DNA of 64,000 nucleotides from Candidatus Marinacidobacterales bacterium (lineage in GTDB: Bacteria; Acidobacteriota; Vicinamibacteria; Marinacidobacterales; SMYC01), in contig CBDCYI010000009.1 in the NCBI GenBank assembly GCA_965224085.1, forward strand, positions 1 through 64,000, read 5' to 3'. This document shows positions 10,077 to 19,406 of this stretch, in pieces; the first letter of the stretch is position 1, and each line of letters starts with the position of its first letter. Under the pieces are notes generated by a model. That model saw only the letters and a list, made by a program, of their open reading frames with translations, did no database searches and was not told the DNA's origin. A program made the position numbers and the translations under genes.

Positions 10077-10919
10077 TCAAGCAGCGGCGTGTCGAGTGTA
10101 ATAATGATGGAGACCACCGACCTTTGGAATGGCTCTCACTTTGCCCATCGCCGGTGACTCTACCCGGCGAGGCTCAGGCGCGTCCTTCTCAAGCGACAAA
10201 TGAGTCCGGCACGAATGATAGTAGTCGACGTATTTGCGTAGGATTCGCTTCAGGTGCCGCTCGTCGAGGACGATCACGTGGTCGAGACACTCACGTCGAA
10301 TGGAGCCGATTATCCTTTCGACAAATGGATTCTGCCACGGGGAGCGCGGTGCGGTAAGGACCTGCTCGATCCCGAGACCGTCGACGCGACTATCGAAGTA
10401 CGCTCCGTAGGTCTGGTCTCGATCCCGTACCAGGTACCGAGGCGCCGTGTCCCATGGAAAAGCATCGACCATTTGCTGCGCCGTCCACTCGGCAGAAGGA
10501 TGCTCGGTGACATTGAAATGAACGATACGGCGACGGTCGTGGCGAAGGACGATGAAGATGAACAGAACTCTGAAGGTTGCGGTCGGCAAAGTGAAAAAGT
10601 CGAGCGACACCAAGTCCTTTGCATGATTATCAAGAAAGCTCCGCCAAGTAGGGGACGGTGGCGTGCGATGGCGAACCATATACTTGGAGACGGCGGCCTG
10701 GGAAATGGAGATGCTCAGCTTTGCCAGCTCGCCATGCACGCGGGGAGCTCCCCAGAGAGGGTTGGCCCTGCTCATGTTCCGTATCAGCTCACGTATTTCG
10801 GGAGCGACGCCTGGTCGTCCGGGCCTACGCCGTCGGCTCTTCCAAGTCCAATATCGTCTGAACCCACAACGGTGCCAGCGGATGACCGTCTCAGGTTTCA
10901 CGATGACGAGGACGCTCTC
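10077..10919 (-). pseudogene. rve/integrase-core transposase (lineage 3), N-terminus removed at an A-type end
   Basis: VKPETVIRWHR, NPLWGAPRVHGEL, DFF, RDRD, SPWQNPFVER, GGLHHYY. Confidence 0.88.
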
Positions 10920-10953
10920 CCCGTCCTGTGCCAAAACTCGACCCATTTGAAAT

Positions 10954-11399
10954 GGGGCTTATATCCATGACTAGACAAGCCCCTATTTGGATTCACGAAT
11001 CAGAAAAAAGCCCTCATAGATGAGCAAGGAGACCGCAAACGGCACCATAACCAGCCACAAGGTCCCGCTCTCCAGTCCATTGCCCGCCATCTTCGCCAGG
11101 TAATTGTAGGGTATAAATGAACCAGCGCCCCCACCAGGACCGTCACCTCGAGCCGAGGCCATTCGGTTTCGCCCCGCATCGAACCGAGGATTTTCTCGAT
11201 GAAAACGAGTACGAGGGCGACGATTGCGAAAGGGTCGATCCAATCGAATATGGGCTTGGCCGCAGCGGGATTGACGGCGTAGAAGAAGTTGTTGAGCGTC
11301 AAAACGAAAGCTACGATGAGCATGAAGCATCCTTTTTAGTGACCGCATATTTCATCTTCTCCTATTCTTCTGTCGTGTCTAGTCATGGATATAAGCCCC
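10954..11399. mobile_element. Non-autonomous cassette with 24-bp perfect IRs and 8-bp TSD carrying a membrane-protein gene
   Basis: GGGGCTTATATCCATGACTAGACA at 10954-10977 and its inverse at 11376-11399; TTTGAAAT at 10946-10953 and 11400-11407. Confidence 0.9.
10983..11355 (-). CDS. Small multi-TM hypothetical protein split by apparent frameshifts
   Basis: AGGAG RBS and ATG at ~11355; hydrophobic segments spread over ORFs 11000-11323 and 10983-11348. Confidence 0.55.
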
Positions 11400-11546
11400 T
11401 TTGAAATAGACCACAAATCAGCAGCTTAGACGCCCTTGGAATCCGCCGACCCTTGGGCTGCGTGGCGAGCTACGGGCAGTGAACTTCGAACCCGGAAGTC
11501 CCTCATTAGACTGGACTTTATCGAGCAGAAGAGCGAACGTTCGGTG

Positions 11547-11978
11547 ATGCCGCAGGATACAGGGGTTGGCCGGAACGTCGTTCTGGACGGTTTGGACTTC
11601 GCCAGCTTACGGCGGGTCTGGGAGCAGACCTTTGGGGCTGCTCCTCCAAGCTCGCTCTCGCGTGTTTTCCTGCGCCGCGTTCTCTTGCACGAACGCCAGT
11701 GCCGGACCCATGGCTGGCTTTCGGCCGCAACCCGGCGCGCTCTGGCTGCCATGGCGAACGAGACACCAAGCTCCGGCGCTCCCGCAGGGTCCGTTTCTGC
11801 CGGCACCCATCTCTTCCGCGAGTGGAATGGCCGGACCTACCAGGTCGAGGTACTCGACAACGGCTATCGGTTCGATGGCAAAACCTATCCGTCCCTCACG
11901 GCCATCGCAAAGCGAATCACCGACACCCACTGGTCAGGACCACGCTTTTTCGGTCTGACGCCCCCGCGCAAGGCCTAA
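11547..11978 (+). CDS. DUF2924-domain protein
   Basis: GTHLFREWNG...YRFDGKTYPSLTAIAKRITDTHWSGPRFFGL; directly precedes a serine recombinase. Confidence 0.9.
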   Translation: MPQDTGVGRNVVLDGLDFASLRRVWEQTFGAAPPSSLSRVFLRRVLLHERQCRTHGWLSAATRRALAAMANETPSSGAPAGSVSAGTHLFREWNGRTYQVEVLDNGYRFDGKTYPSLTAIAKRITDTHWSGPRFFGLTPPRKA

Positions 11979-11979
11979 C

Positions 11980-13008
11980 ATGAAGAAAATCCGCTCTGCC
12001 ATCTATACGCGAAAGAGTGCGGAAGAGGGTCTCGAACAGGATTTCAACTCCCTCGATGCGCAGCGAGAAGCCTGCGCCGCGTATGTCGCGAGCCAGAAAG
12101 CGGAGGGCTGGGTGCTGCTGCCAACCGTCTACGAGGACGCGGGGCTCTCGGGAGGAACCCTGGAGCGCCCGGGCCTGCAGCGCTTGCTCGCCGACATCAA
12201 CGCCGGTCTCGTCGAGCAGATTGTGGTCTACAAGGTCGACCGGCTGACCCGTTCCCTCTCCGACTTTGCAAAGCTCGTCGAGCGGCTCGAGGCGGCCGGC
12301 GCGGTTTTCGTCTCGGTGACTCAGTCCTTCAACACCGCGACCAGCATGGGACGACTGACGCTGCATATGCTGCTGTCCTTCGCACAATTCGAACGCGAGG
12401 TCACGGCCGAGCGGATCCGCGATAAGGTCGCTGCCTCCAAGCGCAAGGGACTATGGATGGGCGGCCGCGTACCGCTCGGCTATGAGAAGGACGAGCGCAC
12501 GCTGCGCATCAACGAGGCTGAGGCCGAAACGGTCCGGACGCTCTATGCGCTGTACCGGAAGCACGGAACCCTCCGGCAGGTGAAGGCCGAGGCGGACCAT
12601 CTGGGACTGCGCACCAAGCAACGCTTCGCGGCGGATGGAACCCGGACAGGCGGGCTGCCGTTCCGTCGCGGACACCTCCACTGCCTGCTGACCAATCCTC
12701 TCTACGCCGGCCGCATCCGGCACCAGAGGCGTGTCTACGAGGGCCAGCATCCATCGATCATTGCTCCGGAGCTCTGGGACGCGGTCCAAACGCAGCTGCG
12801 GGCAGGGGCTGCCAAACCAAGGAGACGCACGACGAAGGGCCGTGCAGCCCGTTCCCCACTGGCAGGCAAGCTCTTCGACGAGACCGGCGACCGGCTGACG
12901 CCGAGCCACACCAAAAAGAAAAACGGGCAACGGCTCCGCTACTACGTCTCCCGGCGCCTCATCCAGCACAGTGGCCAAAAGGACCTCTCCGGCTGGCGAC
13001 TGCCCGCC
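11980..13008 (+). pseudogene. Large serine recombinase truncated at its junction with IS6
   Basis: AIYTRKS, FNSLDAQREAC, YKVDRLTRS, SFAQFERE; frame runs into IS6 sequence at ~13008. Confidence 0.9.
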
Positions 13009-13634
13009 AGGTGTCGTCCGACGCGGAAGAGGTTTTGGACAAGTCCATGAACGGACAAGAATCGCTGGGCTTGACCCGGAGATTTGAACCGTCGCATTTG
13101 CCGTTCACGTTGCCGCGTCGGCTCGTGCGAGACCTCGGCTCTATTGTTTTGGTACTGGTCGGTGCAGTGGACGACGGATGGCATGACCTCGCGGTGAGCG
13201 GCGCTGTAGCTTCTCAGCTTGTCGGTGACGAGCCGCCAGGGTGGCCGGCCCTGCCCCTTCAGCAGCTTACGAAAGAAGCGTTTAGCGGCTCGCCGAGCGC
13301 GTCGAGGCTGGACGAGGATATCGATGACGTCGCCATCTTGGTCCACCGCACGCCAGAGATACTGCCGTTGACCCTGGATGGTTACAAACACCTCGTCCAG
13401 GTGCCACGTATCGCCGAGGCGACCTTGCCGTCGCTTCAGCCCGCGAGCGTATTCTGGACCGAACTTGATGCACCAAAGTCGGATCGCTTCATACGAGACG
13501 GTGATCCCCCGCTGGGCAAGGAGGTCCTCTACATCTCGAAAGCTCAAACAAAAGCGATGGTAGAGCCAAACGGCGTGGCTGATGATCTCCGGTGGAAATC
13601 GATATCCGCGGTAGCTCGGCGACTTGCTGTTCAT
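13008..13634 (-). pseudogene. IS6-family transposase, 3'-truncated
   Basis: YRFPPEIISHAVWLY, WHLDEVF, LWRAVDQDG, VTDKLRSY, NNRAEVSH. Confidence 0.92.
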
Positions 13635-13674
13635 TGGCTCATTCTGTCAGTTAGAGGCCCAACTAATAAGAAAC

Positions 13675-14928
13675 TCAGGGTGTAGCGTTGGCAAGAGGTG
13701 TGAGAGTGACGTCAAAACCGAGCTCCCTTAGGCGTCGTGTCATTCGTATTGTGAGCTGTTCCTTGTCGCGTTGATGGAAGTAATCGGCACCCAGTTCCCG
13801 GTATGGAATCTCATTGTGGAGCATGTAGTAGACGGCGGTGATGATGGAGGCGGCGACGGCGACGACAGCTTTCTTGGGGCCCCGACGAGATTTGAGCCGG
13901 AAGAACTGGGCACGCAGATAGCTGTCGCGCTTGCGGCTTGCCGCCCAAGCGGCTTGGACAAGAGCGGTCTTGAGCCATGGAGCCCCTTTGCGGGTTTTCT
14001 GAGAAAAGCGTTTACCGGCACTCTCATGAAGCCGTGGGCATAGACCGGCCCAAGAGCGAAGGTGTCCGGCCGTTGGGAATGCCGAGACATCGGGTCCGAT
14101 CTCGGCGACGAGAATGGCCGCCGTGGCTTCACTGATGCCCGGGATCGTCACCAGAAGCTCGACGGCCGATCGAAAAGGGCGCAGGCTCTCTGTGATACGG
14201 GATTCGAGCGCGCTCACTGAGGCTTCAAGCTGCTCGATATGATTGAGATGAAAACCCAACAGGAAACGATGATGGTCGGTAACGTAGCCCTCGAGCGCTG
14301 CGCTCAATTCCTGTTCAGTGGCTTTGAGTCGGCTTGAGCCCAGCTCACTCAGCTTGTGAGGGTCGCTTTCTCCCGCAATGATCGCTCGGAGAATCGCCCG
14401 CCCGCTTACTCCCAAAATCGTGCTAATCACGCTCGTCAATTTGATGTTCGCGTCTTCCAACGTCTTTTGAATTCGCTGGGTCTCCCGAGCGATTTCTCGA
14501 ACGAACTGCTTTCGCGTTCGGGTCAGCTCTCGCAGTTCCTGGATCGGCGTTGGCGGAACGAAGCTAGCTCGAATGAGACCATGGGCAAGCAAATCCGCTA
14601 TCCACAAGGCATCACTGATATCGCTCTTACGACCCGGCATGTTCTTGACGTGGGCCGGTTGTGCCAACACCAACTCAAAATGACCTTCGAGCACATGCCA
14701 CACCGGCTTCCAATACACTCCGGTCGCTTCCATCGCTACAATCGTGCAACCGCACTGCCCCAGCCAATCCAACATTTCCAGCAATTCGCTCGTGGCCGTG
14801 CCGAACACACGCGTCTCGCGCACCACCTTCCGCTTCGTCGCTACCCGCACGCAAGCCGTAATCGATTTCTGGTGGACGTCCAATCCGGCGCATCGCTTAT
14901 GAACCACTCTCATCGCAGCCTCCTTCAC
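13675..14928 (-). CDS. IS110-family DEDD recombinase/transposase
   Basis: GLDVH, MEATG, KSDISDA, TIPGI, WAGLCP..HESAGK. Confidence 0.95.
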   Translation of the reverse strand: MKEAAMRVVHKRCAGLDVHQKSITACVRVATKRKVVRETRVFGTATSELLEMLDWLGQCGCTIVAMEATGVYWKPVWHVLEGHFELVLAQPAHVKNMPGRKSDISDALWIADLLAHGLIRASFVPPTPIQELRELTRTRKQFVREIARETQRIQKTLEDANIKLTSVISTILGVSGRAILRAIIAGESDPHKLSELGSSRLKATEQELSAALEGYVTDHHRFLLGFHLNHIEQLEASVSALESRITESLRPFRSAVELLVTIPGISEATAAILVAEIGPDVSAFPTAGHLRSWAGLCPRLHESAGKRFSQKTRKGAPWLKTALVQAAWAASRKRDSYLRAQFFRLKSRRGPKKAVVAVAASIITAVYYMLHNEIPYRELGADYFHQRDKEQLTIRMTRRLRELGFDVTLTPLANATP

Positions 14929-14929
14929 G

Positions 14930-15142
14930 TCGCACCGGCGTGGAGCCCACGAACTTGTAATCTAATAGACGCGCTCAACTATCCCAGCTGGAATAGAAAA
15001 CGCAATTTGGGGTACGCGCAGGACTCCCAGCCAAACTTGACAACGGGCTCAGTCGCACCAACGTTAAGCCGACCTCTGAGCCGGTGCCACCTTCACAGAC
15101 TACCGCGTTTCATTCATTCGGGGTGGCCGTCAGGCCGTGGAA
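14930..15142 (-). ncRNA. Candidate IS110 bridge-RNA region (5' non-coding end)
   Basis: ~215 nt non-coding, conserved in copy 2; contains TTGTCAAGTT, identical to the inferred target half-site. Confidence 0.6.
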
Positions 15143-15644
15143 AACTTGACAGCAATGGCACCGCCCGCGTGGGCGGAGGTCATCGGGGAGTGACCGAAAT
15201 CGTTCGTTCACTCGAAAGTACCTTTGGTCGTCTTCATGTAGGACGTTTTGAGGGTCGAGTCGGTTGTCCATCATCATTATTAACTGGACCGTCTGCGGAG
15301 TCATCTTCGTTTCCTCCGTAAAACTCCGCTGGATGAATTCGAGGTTTGGCCAATTCGAATTCCACTATTCGCCTTCTCCTCAGGCGCGATCTAGGCATTG
15401 AGCGTCTTCTCATTGTCTGCGCGATTAAGTGAAAAAACGTCCCGATAAGCCCCAAAATCGCCCCAAATTGCACGCTAATGGCCTGTTTAGCTCTGTTTCT
15501 GATCGTTTCCAGCCAAGAATCGGAAGCTCCACTCAAGCCTCCCGACTGCGATAGTCGGAAAGATGTTCCCGTCGACGAACATTCGCTGATGAGACGTAAA
15601 GCCTTTTGCGGCAATGAGTAACGGTCGGAGCCGCCTCCGGAGGG

Positions 15645-15952
15645 TTTACGACACGGCCCTCTTTCAAGCGTCCAGGAGGTTGAGATTGCCGTATAAAAAA
15701 TTTGATTGAAGCAAATTCGATTCCGGCTCGGAACGAGCACCCGTCGATGAGATGTGCGGGGACCAGCACGTGGTGGCTTCCGTTAAGTCACTGTAAAAAA
15801 ACAGGATAGAACGCTGTGGGCATCAGGGCTTCTCTGAGTTTTCGCTACATTGCCCCAACCACGCGCACGGCCAAAAGTTCGATCCTGACTCCCAAAATTG
15901 CCAAAATACCTTTTGCCGAGACCGGATGGCTCGAGACTGCACCATCCGCCAC
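15645..15952. repeat. Non-coding repeat with a diverged copy at ~21636-22005; probable end of a serine-recombinase element
   Basis: Shared blocks GCGTCCAGGAG, ATTGCCGTATA, GCGGGGACCAGCACGTG, TTTTGCCGAGACCGGAT, CTGCACCATCCGCCACCC. Confidence 0.65.
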
Positions 15953-16099
15953 CCCGTCTTGTGCCAAAACTCGGCCCTTTTGAAATAGACCATAAATCAG
16001 CAGCTTAGTGTCTGTGTTTGCGACCGGACCAAGGACCCATCGATACGCGATCTTCTTTTTTTGCGGATCACAACGAGGCATGGCATACTCTGCAGGCGT

Positions 16100-16627
16100 A
16101 TGCATACTTTCGCTGAACGCGTCGTTGGCGCTGCCCGTCTGAAACCAAACATCTACGAGGAGGTCGAGGCGGATCCGAGAGCCACCGCGCAGGCGATGGG
16201 TGTGGTTGTCCTCTCAAGCGTGGCCGGCGGTATCGGCCTGGCGGGGGGCCAGGGCGCGAACCTCATCGTCGGCACCCTGGGGGCGCTGCTCGGCTGGCTC
16301 ATCTGGGCCGTCCTGATCTACGTCCTCGGCACCAAGGTCTTCGCGCAGCCCCAGACGCGCTCCGATGTGGGGGAGTTGCTCCGGACCACCGGCTTCGCGG
16401 CGGCCCCAGGCGTGCTGCGCGTGCTTGGCATCGTGCCAGGGCTGCTCAGCGACCTGCTTCTGCTGGCGGTGCCGATCTGGATGCTCGTCGCGATGGTGCT
16501 AGCGGTGCGGCAGGCTCTTGATTTCACGACGATATGGCGCGCGGTGGTTGTGTGCGTGGCCGGGTGGGGTGTCATGCTCGTGCTGATCGCCGTGAGCGGC
16601 GGCTTCATGAGCCCTGTCGGCCAATAG
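16100..16627 (+). CDS. YIP1-family membrane protein
   Basis: YEEVEAD..AT.QA, LLRTTGFAAAPG, AVRQALD; about 5 TM segments. Confidence 0.8.
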   Translation: MHTFAERVVGAARLKPNIYEEVEADPRATAQAMGVVVLSSVAGGIGLAGGQGANLIVGTLGALLGWLIWAVLIYVLGTKVFAQPQTRSDVGELLRTTGFAAAPGVLRVLGIVPGLLSDLLLLAVPIWMLVAMVLAVRQALDFTTIWRAVVVCVAGWGVMLVLIAVSGGFMSPVGQ

Positions 16628-16685
16628 ACGGACGGGGCACGCGGGTGGTCCCTATGCCGCGTCGCGGTGGTGATAACTGAGCAAG

Positions 16686-16745
16686 CCCGTCGTGTCCAAA
16701 AACACAAACTCTATTTCAAAAGAGCCTAGTTTTGGCACAGGCGGG
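16686..16745. mobile_element. 60-bp hybrid MITE (D-type left end, A-type right end)
   Basis: CCCGTCGTGTCCAAAAACACAAAC...AGTTTTGGCACAGGCGGG. Confidence 0.7.
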
Positions 16746-17019
16746 CTGGAAAAACAGCCCGATCAGCCCCGAAATGCCCGTGAGGTCAAAATACTCATGC
16801 GGCTTCCCGATGGTAGAAACGTAGCATCCCGTCCTGTGCCAAAACTCGGCCCTTTTGAAATAGACCATAAATCAGCAGCTTAGACGCCCTTGGAATCCGC
16901 GCAGAATCCAGGGTATTTCTCGTCGCAGAGTTGGCTTCCGACTCCTGGGCTGCGGGTGGCGGGCGACAGGCCTACCGGGGGTACGCACGGCTGGCTCAAA
17001 TCGGCTGCGGGGCGAGCTG

Positions 17020-17186
17020 CAGGTGACCTCGTATTTGCTGAACGCACCTTTCGGATATCGTTGGTGGAACGACCTTGGAACGCCGCTGCTTTCGAGGAAC
17101 AAATGGAAACTGTTCCAGTACCAGAAGCAAGCGCCGGCAAGCTTCACCATTTGTTCTTTGACGTTGAAGCTGATCAGTTTCTCCAA
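17020..17186 (-). pseudogene. N-terminal gene fragment immediately after attC, possibly a restriction endonuclease
   Basis: AT-richer ORF MEKLISFNVKEQMVKLAGACFWYWNSFHLFLESSGVP, then degenerates. Confidence 0.4.
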
Positions 17187-17223
17187 TTGGGAGCTTCTCC
17201 GTTTTCAATAGCGTGCCGCTACA

Positions 17224-17296
17224 GCCTAACGACCGGTGCTCGCCAGCGGCAACTCAGCACAGCACGGCGGGCGTCGTGTGCAGCGCAGGGTTGGAC
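17224..17296 (-). other. Integron attC site
   Basis: Minus strand GTCCAAC (R'')...GCGCTGCACACGAC...GGCGAGCAC...GTTAGGC (R'), 73 bp, between two co-oriented ORFs. Confidence 0.7.
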
Positions 17297-17355
17297 GACT
17301 CCCTCGCTTCACCAGTGTCGGTATTGACCAGCCCGAGACGGTTGCGGCGGCGGGC

Positions 17356-18093
17356 TCAAGCCGCCGGCCTCGCCGCCGGCGTCAGCACAAGAAGACCGGA
17401 TCTGTCGCCGGTCGTGCGAATCCATTCACCGCGATAGAATCTTCCCAGACCTGCGCGCTCGATAACAACGCGACCGTCGTCCGGCTGGCCGTCAATCAGC
17501 TGACTCATAAGCTGCTCCAACTGATAACGAGTTGGGCATGCCGGCCCCCGCCTCCAGCGCATCCGTCCCTCGTGAACATAGACCACGGAGATCGGGCGCA
17601 CATCAACGCACCGGAGTGCGGTTGCAGTTAACGATGTCTGGAACCGTGAGGCAAATACCTTGATCACTGCGCCGTCTACCGTAGCCTCACCAAGAGCGGA
17701 TTCAAATACGGCTCTAGGCATCAGGATCTCCGCCGCAAGCATGTCACATAGTCTTTCCAATTCCGCTCCCACACGCGGGGCACGCGGGCCGCTCGACTCG
17801 AAGAGAACGTGCGCCAACTCGTGTGCGATCGTAAAGCGCCGTCGGGCCGCAGACTGTCCTACAGCACAGACAATCCGGAAGGCACCGTTCTCACGATGTA
17901 ACGCGCCCACGACCGGGATGTCGTCGTCAACGATTTCTCCCACGTTCAGTCGGGCGCAGAGCGCGTCGAGATCAGTAGGCGGGCAGCTTATCCCCGCAAG
18001 AATCTGGGCAACGACAGCCGGAACCGCCTGATCAACGCCGTCGCTTCCGCCCAACTCGCGCAACCGTCTGGCCGCGGCGCTCTTCCATTTCAC
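17356..18093 (-). CDS. ImmA/IrrE-family (M78) metallopeptidase
   Basis: RRRFTIAHELAH, ERLCDMLAAEILMP, FQTSLTA; GTG start with GAGG RBS. Confidence 0.85.
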   Translation of the reverse strand: MKWKSAAARRLRELGGSDGVDQAVPAVVAQILAGISCPPTDLDALCARLNVGEIVDDDIPVVGALHRENGAFRIVCAVGQSAARRRFTIAHELAHVLFESSGPRAPRVGAELERLCDMLAAEILMPRAVFESALGEATVDGAVIKVFASRFQTSLTATALRCVDVRPISVVYVHEGRMRWRRGPACPTRYQLEQLMSQLIDGQPDDGRVVIERAGLGRFYRGEWIRTTGDRSGLLVLTPAARPAA

Positions 18094-18329
18094 AATTCGC
18101 CTCACGTTTTTTCGCCCGTTATCTGCAGAACCCTGATGCGGACTGACGTGGAGCGAACCCCGATCAACCACCCGAAGGCGAGACATCCGGTGAGCAACGT
18201 CGTCACCGCCGGCACCGGAAGGATGACGCTCTCGGCATTCCAGCCGTGCAAAAGAGCCCAGCCGCAACACCGAGTACGGATTTCGGCGAAACCTGCTCGG
18301 GTTGAAGAAGATCGGACTCAGCGTAGCGG

Positions 18330-18977
18330 TTGTCGCGCTCGGGGCCTCGGAAGAGCGAAGAGACCGAGGATTTCAAACGCTACAAGAGCCTCCGCGACGA
18401 CACCAAGAAGGCGTTCTACCTGAAGCGCGGATGTAAGCGCAGATGGATGAACCAGTCCGACGAGACGTGCGACACGGCCGGTATCAACATCCGCTGGCCA
18501 ATCCTGAACAACGAGCATTTCAAAGATGCCCTTGAGCAGGCTGAAGACGGCGGTAGCCCCAACAACATCTCGCCTATCATCCGTTACAGCCGCGCCGAGG
18601 GGGCTCGCGTGATGTGGATGGGCGACCTTGAGACCGATTTCATGGAGAAGATCAAGGACGCCATCACCCCCGAGGCCTCGCACGTTTTGTTCGCACCCCA
18701 TCACGGCCGTAAGAGCGGCCGCGTACCCAAGGATTGGTTGGAGAAGATCGACCCCACGATCATTGTGGTCGGAGAGGCCCCCTCATCCGAGCTCACCTAC
18801 TACGACGGGTGGGACACGATCACCCAAAACTCGGCCGGGGACATCGTCTTCGAATGCCTTAGCGGCAAGACGCACGTCTTCGTGTCGGAATCGACGTACT
18901 CCGTCGACTTCCTTACGAAGGAACAAGGCGTTGGCAATCGACACGGCTGCTACTACATCGGGACCTTCTACGCGTAG
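18330..18977 (+). pseudogene. ComEC/Rec2-like metallo-beta-lactamase-fold protein, N-terminus missing
   Basis: NNISPII, WMGDLE, APHHGR motifs. Confidence 0.7.
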
Positions 18978-18989
18978 GGCCCGACGCCT

Positions 18990-19330
18990 GCCCAGGGCCG
19001 CGGGCATTCATCCGTCCACCTTTTACCGGTGGCGGGTGCGCGGGCGCAAGGCGAAGCGCGGGCAGTTTCGCGCGTTTTGCGAGCAGATCGATGCAGCTGA
19101 AGCAATACTCGCTTCAAAATATCTGGAGGCCATCGAACGATCCATCTTAGAAAAGAGGGTTGTCACCAAGGAACGTGTCCGACAGCTCCCCGACGGCTCC
19201 ATTACTCGCGAGATCATCAGGGAGCATCATCCACCCAACATGGGGCCCGCTATGTGGTGGATTGAACGGCGCGTACCGGGCTTCGGCCGCAAGGTCGAGC
19301 ACCGTGGCTTGGCCCGTGAGCGGTTCGAGG
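18990..19330 (+). pseudogene. Fragment of a phage-type HTH protein resembling small terminase subunits
   Basis: AAGIHPSTFYRW...FCEQIDAAEA...AMWWIERR. Confidence 0.5.
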
Positions 19331-19406
19331 GGTACTTTCGAGTGAACGAACGATTTCGGTCACTCCCCGATGACCTCCGCCCACGCGGGCGGTGCCATTG
19401 CTGTCA

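Larger units (their letters stand above)
13661..15146 (-). mobile_element. IS110-family element, full copy, bounded by an AGTT core on both sides
   Basis: Minus-strand junctions ...TGTCA-AGTT-TTCCACGG and TTCTTATT-AGTT-GGGCC; the same ends occur in the mini copy at 26870. Confidence 0.8.

Noticed and set aside
15915-15955. tRNA gene or tRNA fragment (TGGCGGA-like motif)
   Set aside because: No cloverleaf or T-loop GTTCGA; no tRNA or rRNA was recognised anywhere in the window
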